Shown: positions 9,448 through 18,453 of the stretch, one piece after another
How positions within the stretch are numbered: position 1 is the stretch's first letter
Layout: every line of letters starts with the position of its first letter
Assembly: GCA_963749215.1 (NCBI GenBank)
Contig: CAVVMA010000018.1
Span: 238,922 to 302,921 of the forward strand
Length of the DNA stretch: 64,000 nt
Source: an uncultured delta proteobacterium
GTDB taxonomy: Bacteria; Desulfobacterota; Binatia; Binatales; Binataceae
Direction: 5' to 3'
The notes under the pieces: generated by a model
What the model was told of the DNA's origin: nothing
What the model saw: only the letters and a program-made list of their open reading frames with translations
Databases searched by the model: none
Translations under genes and position numbers: made by a program

Positions 9448-9583
9448 GGCAGCGACTGTCCGCGAAAGTTTCGCGCACCGCGGGGGACTAGGCAATAGCT
9501 CCGTTATCCTTCAATAATGCCCTGACGCAATAATGCCCTGGCGGCGACCGAGCGGCGGCGCAGGACATGCGAACCGAAGAGCG

Positions 9584-10369
9584 ATGAACGACTTGCGGCA
9601 GATGTGGCGGGAAACCCGGATGGTCGTGCTGGTCGCGATCTCTGCCGCACTCTATGCCGCGGTGCTGGTGCCATTCAAAGGCGTGCCGCTGATTCCCGGC
9701 GTGACCGAGCTGCGTCCGGCCAATGCGGTCCCAATCGTATGCTCGTTCCTGTTTGGTCCGGCGGCGGCGTGGGGCTCGGCGATCGGCAACATGATCGGCG
9801 ATTTCTTCGGCGGCGTCGGCCCGGGCGACGTTTTCGGCTTCTTCGCCAATCTGGTCTACGGCTACCTGCCCTACAAGATCTGGAACGTTATCGCCGCGCA
9901 GCAGAGCCCGGTAGGCCGCTCGCCGATCGGAATCCTCAAGTACGTGGCCGTATGCCTGATGGCGAGCACGCTATGCGCGGACTTTGTCGCGTGGGGTGAG
10001 AACCTGATCGGGCTGCGGCCGTTCTGGATGCTCGGCAACGTGATCGTGCTGAACAACATGATCGCCGCGACGGCGATCGCGCCGTTTCTGCTGATCGGCA
10101 TCTATCCGAGGGTGAAGCAGGGACGGATGCTCTATGAAGACGTGATGCCGTCGCTCAAGCACGGGCCTTCGGCGCGGCGGATAGCCGGGGTCGTGATGAT
10201 CGCGGTCGGAGAATCGGGCGCCTGGATTCTCGGCAACCTGATTTCGACCGGCTACTGGCTCCCCGCCTTTCTGCCCCATTCGATGGCTCATGCCCCGTAC
10301 GACCGCGCGATGGCGATCGTCGTGAGCCCCATGATGGCGCTCGCAACCCTCGGCGTGTGGATTTTGTGA
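9584..10369 (+). CDS. ECF-transporter substrate-capture (S) component, unusually long, substrate unknown
   Basis: Polytopic membrane protein. ELRPANAVPIVCSFLFGPAAAWGSAIGNMIGDFFGG is the typical ECF S-component core. Directly upstream of ECF A and T genes. Start uncertain (ATG at 9533 or 9584). Confidence 0.6.
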   Translation: MNDLRQMWRETRMVVLVAISAALYAAVLVPFKGVPLIPGVTELRPANAVPIVCSFLFGPAAAWGSAIGNMIGDFFGGVGPGDVFGFFANLVYGYLPYKIWNVIAAQQSPVGRSPIGILKYVAVCLMASTLCADFVAWGENLIGLRPFWMLGNVIVLNNMIAATAIAPFLLIGIYPRVKQGRMLYEDVMPSLKHGPSARRIAGVVMIAVGESGAWILGNLISTGYWLPAFLPHSMAHAPYDRAMAIVVSPMMALATLGVWIL

Positions 10370-10392
10370 CGCTCGCCGGGCCGGCTGCTGCA

Positions 10393-10480
10393 CCCTCACC
10401 CGCCGGTCGTCTTGGCAGCAAGACGCCCGCCGACCTCTCCCGGCTTGCGCCTGCGGACCAGGCCGCAGGCGCGGGAGAGG
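10393..10480. repeat. Structured intergenic repeat, single unit
   Basis: CCCTCACCCGCCGG...GCCGACCTCTCCCGGCTTGCGCCTGCGGACCAGGCCGCAGGCGCGGGAGAGG, with a nested hairpin in the loop. Confidence 0.7.
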
Positions 10481-10503
10481 TGTAGAGAAGGCTGCGCCTC
10501 GAC

Positions 10504-12258
10504 GTGAAACCAGTCGAATCACCTGCCGCCGCCGCACCCTCCGCTTCCGATCGCGCTGTCGAGGCCGTTGCGGTTGACGATGTCACCTTCACCTATCACG
10601 GTGCCGAGCAGCCCGCGCTGGTGAACGCGAGCTTTCGTCAAGCTCCGGGCGAGATGGTCGGAATCATGGGCGCCTCGGGCGCGGGCAAATCCACGCTCGT
10701 GAAGTGCCTCAATCGCATCATTCCGGGCTTTGAGGACGGTGACTTCCGCGGTGTGGTCCGGATCGGCGGCCGCTCCCTGGAGGGCGCGCGCGTGTCCGAC
10801 GTCGCCCCGATGGTCGGGATGGTGTTCCAGGACTTCGAGGCGCAGTTGTTCTCGACCAACGTTCAGCACGAAGTCGCCTTTGCGATGGAGCAGGTCGGGA
10901 TGGCTCGCGCCGAGATGGTCGGCCGGATCGCAGACGCGCTCGCCGCGGTCGGCCTCAATGGATTCGAACGTCGCGACCCAACCTCGCTGTCGGGAGGAGA
11001 GAAGCAGCGCCTGGCGATCGCCTCGGTGATGGCGCTGCGGCCGGCGGTAATCGTGCTCGACGAGCCGACCACCGATCTCGACCCCGAGGGCAGGGCGGAA
11101 GTCTTCGCGCTGGTCCGCCGCTTCCGCGAGCAGGGGCTGAGCCTGGTGGTGATCGAGCACGAAGCCGAGGAGCTGCGCGAATGTGACCGCCTCCTGCTGA
11201 TCCGCGAGGGGCGCGTGATTGCCGACGACACTCCGGAGCACCTGATGACGCGGCTCGACCTGCTCGAAGAATGCGGCGTGCATCCGCCCGATCTCAATCA
11301 CGTCGCGGCCAAACTCGGCCTGCGGGCGCATCTGCGCACCGTGGCGGAAGGCGAGGCGATAGTCAGACAGCATTTCCCTAGGCTCGCGGATCTACGCGCC
11401 GATTCCGCCGGCGAAATTATCCAAGCGCCCGAGGCGGAACCGGCGGCAGGGCAGGGCGCTCCACTCGTCGAAGTTCGCGATCTGAGTTTTTCCTATCCGG
11501 GCGGCGCTCGGGTGCTCGACAAAATCGACCTCACGATCGCGTCGGGCGAGTTCATCGCGATCATCGGGCAAAACGGATCCGGCAAGACCACGCTGGCGAA
11601 GCACATCGTTGGTCTGCTCAGATGCGAGCCGGGAAAGATCCTGCTCTCGGGCCGCGACCGCGCCGCGATGCGCCCCGCGGAAACGGCGCAGGAGGCGGGC
11701 TACGTATTCCAGAACCCCGACCATCAGATCTTTGCCGCGACCGTGGAGGAAGAGGTCGGATTCGGACCGCGCAACTTCGGCCTCGACGCGGAAGAGGTCG
11801 AGCGGCGATGCGTTGAGGTGTTGCAGGCGGTCGGGCTGGAGGGCGCGCGCCGGAACGATCCTTTTCTGCTCGGCAAAGGCGAACGCCAGCGCCTGGCGGT
11901 CGCGAGTGTGATGGCCCTGAAGCCGCGCCTGCTGATCCTCGACGAGCCGACCACCGGCCTGGACTATCGCGAGCAGCGCCGGATGATGAGCCTGGTCGCG
12001 GAGCTGAACCGTTCGGGAATCGCGATCGTGATGATCACCCATACGCCGTGGCTGGTCGCCGAGTACGCGCGGCGAGTGGTTCTGATGCGGACCGGGAAGA
12101 AGCTCTTCGACGGGCCGGTGCGCGAGTTCTTCGCGCAGGAGCAGATGCTGCTGAGCGCGTCGTTCAGGCCGCCCGAAGTAGTGGCGCTCGGCCGGCGCTT
12201 CGGCGCGAGCACGCTCAGCGTCGGCGAATTCGTGAACTGGGTTCAGAGCCGCGCCTGA
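10504..12258 (+). CDS. Fused tandem ECF/ABC ATPase (EcfA1-EcfA2 type)
   Basis: Two complete ABC cassettes. Cassette 1: GASGAGKST, LSGGEKQRLAIA, VIVLDEPT. Cassette 2: GQNGSGKTT, GKGERQRLAVA, LLILDEPT. Confidence 0.9.
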   Translation: MKPVESPAAAAPSASDRAVEAVAVDDVTFTYHGAEQPALVNASFRQAPGEMVGIMGASGAGKSTLVKCLNRIIPGFEDGDFRGVVRIGGRSLEGARVSDVAPMVGMVFQDFEAQLFSTNVQHEVAFAMEQVGMARAEMVGRIADALAAVGLNGFERRDPTSLSGGEKQRLAIASVMALRPAVIVLDEPTTDLDPEGRAEVFALVRRFREQGLSLVVIEHEAEELRECDRLLLIREGRVIADDTPEHLMTRLDLLEECGVHPPDLNHVAAKLGLRAHLRTVAEGEAIVRQHFPRLADLRADSAGEIIQAPEAEPAAGQGAPLVEVRDLSFSYPGGARVLDKIDLTIASGEFIAIIGQNGSGKTTLAKHIVGLLRCEPGKILLSGRDRAAMRPAETAQEAGYVFQNPDHQIFAATVEEEVGFGPRNFGLDAEEVERRCVEVLQAVGLEGARRNDPFLLGKGERQRLAVASVMALKPRLLILDEPTTGLDYREQRRMMSLVAELNRSGIAIVMITHTPWLVAEYARRVVLMRTGKKLFDGPVREFFAQEQMLLSASFRPPEVVALGRRFGASTLSVGEFVNWVQSRA

Positions 12259-13024
12259 TGCCGATTTATCGCTACATCGACCGTGCCAGCTTCGTCCATC
12301 GGTTGCATCCGACGGTCAAGGTCTTCGCGCTGTTCATCATTTTCTGGTCGGTGTACTGGGTGGACAATCCGGTCGCCTTCATACCGCTGGGCCTGGTCCT
12401 GCTGACGCTGGCGATGCTGACCGGCTCGGGGCCGAATTTCTATTCGCTCCGATGGCTGTTCATCATCATAGTCACTTCGACCACCATCTCGTGGATGCTC
12501 GTCTTCGGCCACCGGGGAGCGTGGGTGACGCACGCTTCCGTGATGCTCGGTCTGGGGCGCGGACTCAAGTTCGCGGAGCTTGCTGGCGGGCTCGGTATTG
12601 TTCCTCTCGACCACCAAGGTCGAGGAGTTCATGGTCGGGCTCGCGCGGCTGGGAGTGCCGTATCGCGCGCGCTTCGCGATCACGCTTTCGTTTCGCCTGG
12701 CGCCGCTGTTTATCGATTCGTACCTGACGGTGGTCGACGCGGAGAGCCTGCGCGGGCTCGATTTCGGCCGCGGCCGTATCATCGACCGTCTCAAGCGCTA
12801 CGCGCCGGTGGTGATTCCGGTGTTCATGGGCGCGCTTGCGCAAGGCCAACAACATGGCGATGGCGCTCGAGGCGCGGGGCTTCGGGATGAATCCTCATCC
12901 CAGCAGTTTCATCGAATATCACGTCCGTCCCCGCGACATCGCGACGGTCGTGTTCCTGATCGCGCTGGGCGCGAGCTATTTCGCGATGTACTGGACGGGG
13001 TTCGGTATCATCGCTATCCGGTGA
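12258..13024 (+). pseudogene. ECF transporter T component (EcfT/CbiQ family), broken by two +1 frame changes (~12560-12580 and ~12838)
   Basis: Three consecutive frames carry the pieces. Piece 1: MPIYRYIDRASFVHRLHPTVKVFAL... Piece 2: LLAGSVLFLSTTKVEEFMVGLARLGVPYRARFAITLSFRLAPLF...AESLRGLDF. Piece 3: RKANNMAMALEARGFG... The ATG overlaps the ATPase stop (TGATG). Confidence 0.75.
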
Positions 13025-13349
13025 GATCGCCGCAATGTTATACGCATCGCAGCCGTTCCATCGTAAGCGCCATCTCGACCGAAGCCCGTCGTCGTCGACA
13101 GCTCAGGGCGCTTGCGAAGGCGGCGGGTTCTTGGAAAGACCGCGATCATCCCGAGCTCAAGGGTGGGGCACTACGATGGGTGTCATGGATGCGCGGCAAG
13201 AGCGAAGGGTGCTGTCTTCGCTTGGCGGCGGGGCTGACGGCGCGTCACCTTGCGTCGCGATTCTACCCGTTTTGCGCATCGAGGGGCGCGTGCTAATTAA
13301 CACGGGCCGAGGCGGCCGGCGAGACGCCGGCCCTACTGGCAGAAGGAAG

Positions 13350-13622
13350 ATGCTTTTCGTGATTATCGGCCACGACGGTCCCGACGGTGCTGCGCTGAGG
13401 CCCAAGCTGCGCCCGGCGCATCTCGACAACCTGCGGCGGCTCGCCGAGCAGGGCCGGCTGGTGCTCGCGGGACCATTCGAGGACTCAAGCGGCAGCCTGA
13501 TCATCGCGGATTTTGGTGCGGAGGCTGATGCGCTCGCATTTGCGCAGAACGATCCGTATACCGAAGGCGGTGTGTTCGAACGCGTGGAAGTGAGACCGTT
13601 CCGCAAGGTGTTCCCGGAATGA
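13350..13622 (+). CDS. YciI-family protein
   Basis: MLFVIIGHDGPDGAALRPKLRPAHLDNLRRLAEQGRLVLAGPF...ADALAFAQNDPYTEGGVFERVEVRPF. AGGAAG Shine-Dalgarno sequence sits 5 nt upstream. Confidence 0.8.
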   Translation: MLFVIIGHDGPDGAALRPKLRPAHLDNLRRLAEQGRLVLAGPFEDSSGSLIIADFGAEADALAFAQNDPYTEGGVFERVEVRPFRKVFPE

Positions 13623-13648
13623 AGCGCCGTCGCGCCACCGTTTTGGCG

Positions 13649-13726
13649 CCCCCCTCCGTTTCGGAGAGGGGAGGGGGAGAGGTCGCGGAAACCTAACCCC
13701 TGACCCCTTCCCTGCGAGGGAAGGGG
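13649..13726. repeat. Structured intergenic repeat, variant subfamily (CCCCTCC..GGAGAGGGG and CCCCTTCCCTGCGAGGGAAGGGG hairpins)
   Basis: GAAACCTAACCCCTGACCCCTTCCCT...GGGAAGGGG closely matches the reverse complement of 20738-20785. Confidence 0.7.
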
Positions 13727-13756
13727 AAAAAATGCAGACTTGCTAGTGGAGAATCA

Positions 13757-14966
13757 ATGACCGGACCGCTGTCAGACCTGAAGATCGTCGAAGTCGGCGA
13801 GATGGTTTCCGCCCCGTACGCCAGCAAGCTGCTGGCCGACATGGGCGCCGAGGTTATCAAGATCGAGCGGCCGGGCGCCGGCGATCGCGCGCGCTCGCGC
13901 GGACCGTTTCCCGGCGGCATTTCCCATCCCGAGAAAAGCGGCCTCTTCCTTTATCTCAACACCAACAAGCTCGGCATCACGGTGGACCTCGCGCAGCGCG
14001 AAGGCTTCGAGATTTTCGAGAAGCTGCTCGCGGGCGCCGATCTTCTGATTCACAACGTCGCGCCGCCGGACATGGATCGCACGGGTCTCAGCTACGAGCG
14101 ACTGCGCAAGGTGAATCCGAGTCTCATCATGACTTCGGTCCTGCCGTACGGGCTCTCCGGCCCCAAGCGCGACTGGCGCGCCGAGAACCTCAACCTCTGG
14201 TGCGCGGGCGGCGTTTGCTACCTCAACGGCGGCGGTCCGCAGTCGGGCGATCTTCCGCCGCTCAAGACCTTCGGCGATCAGGCCGGATATCAGGGCGCCG
14301 TTCATGCGGCGGCGGCCGCGATGGGCGCGGTGATCGCGCGGCTTCGCGACCGGGACGGCCAGCATATCGAGGTGTCGGTGCAGGAGTCCGTCGCCGCCGA
14401 GATGGAAATGGTGTTCGAGTATTGGCCGTACATCAAAATGATCGGATCGCGGCTGGGGCAGAAGCCGCTTCAGCCGGTCGAAATCTTCGAATGCAAGGAC
14501 GGCTACATCTACGTCTGCTGTATCGAGGAGCATCAGTGGCGCGCGTTCGTCGACCTGATGGGAAATCCCGAATGGGCCGACGATGGAGATCTTCGGCGAC
14601 CGGCTGCAACGCGGGATCAACTGGGATGCGCTCAAACCGTTCATCGCGGAGTACGTGAGCACCCAGACCGTGCTCGATCTTTATCGCAAGGCGCAGGATC
14701 GGCGGGTGCCGTTCGCGCCGGTTTCGACGATGGGCGACCTGCTCAACTCGGAGCATCTCAAGGCGCGCGGCTTTTTTGTCGAGATCGCGCAACCGGTCGC
14801 GGGCACGCACAAGTATCCCGGCGCGCCGGTCAAATTCGGACGCACCCCGTGGGAGATTCGGATTCCCGCGCCCACCCTGGGGCAGCATAACCGGGAAATA
14901 CTCGGCCGCCGTCTCGGGCTCGCGCCCGCGCGGCTGGAAGAATTGAAACGCAAAGGCGTCATCTGA
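13757..14966 (+). pseudogene. Family III (CaiB/BaiF) CoA-transferase with one +1 frame change near 14580
   Basis: ORF 13757.. starts LSDLKIVEVGEMVSAPYASKLLADMGAEVIKIERPGAGD and stays sensible to GNPEWADD. ORF 14583..14966 continues in the next frame (EIFGDRLQR...VPFAPVSTMGDLLNSEHLKARGFFVE...). Confidence 0.8.
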
Positions 14967-16207
14967 TGGCCAAACCACCGCTCGAAGGAATCCGCGTCGC
15001 CGATTTCAGTTGGGTATGGGCCGGACCGTTCTGCACGCTCCAGCTCGCCCATCTCGGCGCCGATGTAATCAGGATCGAAACCAAAACGCGTCCGTGTGTC
15101 ACCCGGATGCTGCCGCCGTGGCCGGAAAACAAGATGGGCCTTAACCGCTCCGGCTATTTCAATCAGTACAACCAGGGCAAGCGCTCGATCGCGCTCAACT
15201 TCAAGGTGGCCGGCGCGCTCGAAGTCGCGCGGCGCCTGGTCGCGAACAGCGACGTGGTGGTCAACAACTTCGCCGCCGGCGTGATGGAGCGGCTGGGCTT
15301 CGGCTACGAGCAATGCCGCAAGCTCAAGCCCGATATCGTGATGATCTCGCTCTCCGGCTATGGCGACACCGGTCCGTACAGCGAGTACGTCGCATACGGC
15401 CCCGCGCAGGTGCCACTCTCGGGCCTGTCGTCGTTGACCGGCTACAAAGGATGGCCGCCGATGCACGCCGGCTTCAGCTACGCCGATCCCAACGCCGGCA
15501 TCCACGGCGCATTCGCGGTGCTGTGCGCGCTCTACCATCGCGCCAAAACCGGCGAGGGCCAGTATATGGACATGAGCCAGTGGGAATGTGCGATGGATCT
15601 GATTCCCGAGGGCTTGCTGGAGCACGCCATGAACGGCCGCGAGCCGGTGCGCGACGGGAATCGCGACCCGTTGATGGCGCCGCACGGCATCTTCCGATGC
15701 AAGGACCTTCCCGAGAAGAACATGGACGTGACGATCGACGCGTGGGTCTCGATCGCGTGCGCGAACGACGCCGACTTCGCGCGGCTGGCACAAGCGATCT
15801 CGCGTCCCGAACTGGCGGCCGATGCGCGCTTCAAAACCCTGGATGCGCGCAAACGCAACGAGGACGAGCTGGAGAAAATAATCACGGGATGGACCTCGCC
15901 GCGCGACGCACACGACGCGGCGCGCGCGCTGCAGTCCCATGGCGTCGCGGCGGCGGTATGCGCGAGCAACAAGGACGTCGCCGAGGACCCGCATCTCGCC
16001 GAGCGCAACGCATTCGTCCGGCTCAACCATCCTGAAGTCGGCGTGCAGCAGCATATCGGAATTCCGTGGCGAATGAGCGGGACGCCATGCGCGGTCAGCG
16101 CACCGGCGCCTTGCCTTGGGCAGCATACCGACGAGGTTCTGACCGGCCTGCTCGGCTACAGCGACGCCGACCTGAAGAAGCTGCGCGAAGCGGGCGCGCT
16201 CGAATAG
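14966..16207 (+). CDS. Family III (CaiB/BaiF) CoA-transferase, intact paralog
   Basis: PLEGIRVADFSWVWAGPFCTLQLAHLGADVIRIE...NQGKRSIALN. The ATG overlaps the previous stop (ATCTGATGG). Confidence 0.9.
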   Translation: MAKPPLEGIRVADFSWVWAGPFCTLQLAHLGADVIRIETKTRPCVTRMLPPWPENKMGLNRSGYFNQYNQGKRSIALNFKVAGALEVARRLVANSDVVVNNFAAGVMERLGFGYEQCRKLKPDIVMISLSGYGDTGPYSEYVAYGPAQVPLSGLSSLTGYKGWPPMHAGFSYADPNAGIHGAFAVLCALYHRAKTGEGQYMDMSQWECAMDLIPEGLLEHAMNGREPVRDGNRDPLMAPHGIFRCKDLPEKNMDVTIDAWVSIACANDADFARLAQAISRPELAADARFKTLDARKRNEDELEKIITGWTSPRDAHDAARALQSHGVAAAVCASNKDVAEDPHLAERNAFVRLNHPEVGVQQHIGIPWRMSGTPCAVSAPAPCLGQHTDEVLTGLLGYSDADLKKLREAGALE

Positions 16208-16225
16208 CAATCGAGAGGTGTCGCG

Positions 16226-17068
16226 ATGCGCAAGCTGACAACTCTGATTGACGGGCTGAATTTTCCCGAAGGCCCGCGCTGGCATGACGGCAGGCTCTTC
16301 TTCTCCGACATGCACGCGCACAAAGTCATCGCGGTGGACATGGCGGGACGTGCCGAGACGATCTGCGAAGTCCCGGCGTGGCCGTCGGGGCTCGGATGGC
16401 TGCCGGACGGCAGGATGCTGGTGGTCTCGATGACCGATCGGCGGCTGCTGCGGCTCGATCGCGACGGCCTTAAGGTGGTCGCCGACTTGAGCAAGCTCGC
16501 GTCGTTCCATTGCAACGACATGGTCGTCGATTCGAAGGGGCGGGCGTATGTGGGCAACTTCGGCTTCGATCTGCACGCGCATGCCACGCCGAAGTTCGCG
16601 GCGATCGTGATGGTCGAGCCCAACGGCGCCGCGCGCGTCGTGGCCGACGAGCTGGGATTTCCCAACGGCGCCGTGATCACGCCGGACGGCAAGAGTCTGA
16701 TCGTCGGCGAATCCACTCGGGGGCGCCTGACCGCGTTTGATATCGGTGCTGACGGGTCCTTGAGCAACCGCCGGCTGTGGGCCGAAATCGTGCCCGCGGT
16801 TCCCGATGGAATCGCGTTGGACGCCGAAGGCGCAGTGTGGGTCGCATCGCCGCTGACTGACGAAGTCATTCGCGTGCATGAAGGCGGCAAGGTGACAGAG
16901 CGGATCAAGACCGCGAATCACGCCTACGCGTGCATGCTCGGCGGACCGGGTCGGCGCACGCTATTCGTGCTCACCGCAGCAGATTCCGATCCCGCTAAAT
17001 GCCGCGCCACCGCGACGGGCCGCATCGAGACCACGCCGGTCGAGATCGCCGGCGCAGGGCTCCCTTAG
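16226..17068 (+). CDS. SMP-30/gluconolactonase/LRE-like beta-propeller protein
   Basis: LNFPEGPRWHDGRLFFSDMHAHKVIAVD...FHCNDMVVDSKGRAYVGNFGF...FPNGAVITPDGKSLIVGES...PDGIALDAEGAVWVA. Confidence 0.85.
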   Translation: MRKLTTLIDGLNFPEGPRWHDGRLFFSDMHAHKVIAVDMAGRAETICEVPAWPSGLGWLPDGRMLVVSMTDRRLLRLDRDGLKVVADLSKLASFHCNDMVVDSKGRAYVGNFGFDLHAHATPKFAAIVMVEPNGAARVVADELGFPNGAVITPDGKSLIVGESTRGRLTAFDIGADGSLSNRRLWAEIVPAVPDGIALDAEGAVWVASPLTDEVIRVHEGGKVTERIKTANHAYACMLGGPGRRTLFVLTAADSDPAKCRATATGRIETTPVEIAGAGLP

Positions 17069-17133
17069 TCGAAGAAGCCTGTTGCTGCGGCGGCCATTCC
17101 GGAGACTCGCGCGGAGACCATGTAAGTAATTAG

Positions 17134-18453
17134 ATGGCGACTCCGATCAAGACCGAAGCCTGGAAGAGCCCCGCGTGGGGCGTGCTCGCCGTCTTTGCGG
17201 CCCTTGCGTTGCCGGGAGTCTTCATAAAAGGCAAATTTGCCGACCAATGGGACGAGGCAACCTACCACTACCCGACAATTCTGAAATTCGCTTCAACTCT
17301 GCCCCACCCCGATCTCAGCCGGTATCAATCAGGAACCGGACCGCTGTTCCATCTCATTATGGCAATGCCGGCGCGCGCTGGCTTCGGCTTGTTGAGCTTG
17401 AGGCTAATCAACCTCGGACTCTCGGCCACGACCGTGATTCTCGTGATGCTGTACCTGAGGCGCCATGCTGCCCGCGGCGCCGGGGCTTCGGCCTATATCG
17501 TGAGTTTGGTTTTCGCCTTGTGCCCCTATCTGCTCGGCCCGTCGATACGACTGGCGACGGACAACCTCGCGCTGGGATGCGCCGTCGCGATTCTATATCT
17601 CCTTGACGATACCAGACCCGCCTCCGTCGGGATGTTCCTTCTCGCGGTCGTGCTGGCCGTGATTGCAATCCTGACACGGCAGCTTTATTTGTGGCTGGTG
17701 CCGCTGCTTCTCGCGTATGCAGTCTGCAATCCTGCGTGGAGCGGCATCCGTAAGGCAGTCGCGATCGCCGCGTCGATCACTCCCTGCCTCTTCATAGTAC
17801 CTCTATTCATTGTCTGGCATGGGCTCATACCCCCGGACTTTGCCGAGCGGACCTCGTTGAACAATCGGCTATTCAATGAGAAAGGGTTGATGTTGGTGTT
17901 TTGCATTGCCGGGCTCTATGCCCTCGTCTTCGCTCCGCAGCTAACAAGGGCCTTGTGGCCTTCGAGCCGCCGTGCTCGATTGATGTTACTTGGCCCGGTC
18001 GGATTGTCACTGATATGCCTTCCGATACTAAGAGCCAAAGGAGGCGATTACATAGTACCAACGGAAGGTGGATGGCTGCGGGCGCTGGCGGAGCGCACGC
18101 CGGCTTTTCTCGGCGTGTGGAGCCTGTTCTGGGTGCTCTTTCCGATCGGTTGGGCAGTTATCTGCGCGATTGGCTATCGCGTGTTGCAAACCAGGACCGG
18201 ATACTGGCTACTGGCGGCGTTCGTTCTCTGGTTGGTATTTAATCTCGGTCAGGGGCGTGCGATGGCCAAGTACTATGAGCCTTTCGAGATCATAGTGCTG
18301 GGGCGCTTTGTAGTCGAAGCCCCGCCATCCAATGTCTGGTCCGCGGCGCCCGCACTGGGCATGGCGGCGGCGTTCGTTGTGATTGACGTCGCCCGGTTCT
18401 GGTTGTCCGCATCGTGGGCCACGCCCGGTCTTTCGCATCTCACTCCCGGCTAG
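17134..18453 (+). CDS. Polytopic membrane protein, GT-C-fold glycosyltransferase-like (ArnT/PMT-type)
   Basis: About 12 predicted TM segments with an early periplasmic-loop motif region (DEATYHYPTILKF). Lower GC than its surroundings. The family call is by architecture only. Confidence 0.5.
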   Translation: MATPIKTEAWKSPAWGVLAVFAALALPGVFIKGKFADQWDEATYHYPTILKFASTLPHPDLSRYQSGTGPLFHLIMAMPARAGFGLLSLRLINLGLSATTVILVMLYLRRHAARGAGASAYIVSLVFALCPYLLGPSIRLATDNLALGCAVAILYLLDDTRPASVGMFLLAVVLAVIAILTRQLYLWLVPLLLAYAVCNPAWSGIRKAVAIAASITPCLFIVPLFIVWHGLIPPDFAERTSLNNRLFNEKGLMLVFCIAGLYALVFAPQLTRALWPSSRRARLMLLGPVGLSLICLPILRAKGGDYIVPTEGGWLRALAERTPAFLGVWSLFWVLFPIGWAVICAIGYRVLQTRTGYWLLAAFVLWLVFNLGQGRAMAKYYEPFEIIVLGRFVVEAPPSNVWSAAPALGMAAAFVVIDVARFWLSASWATPGLSHLTPG

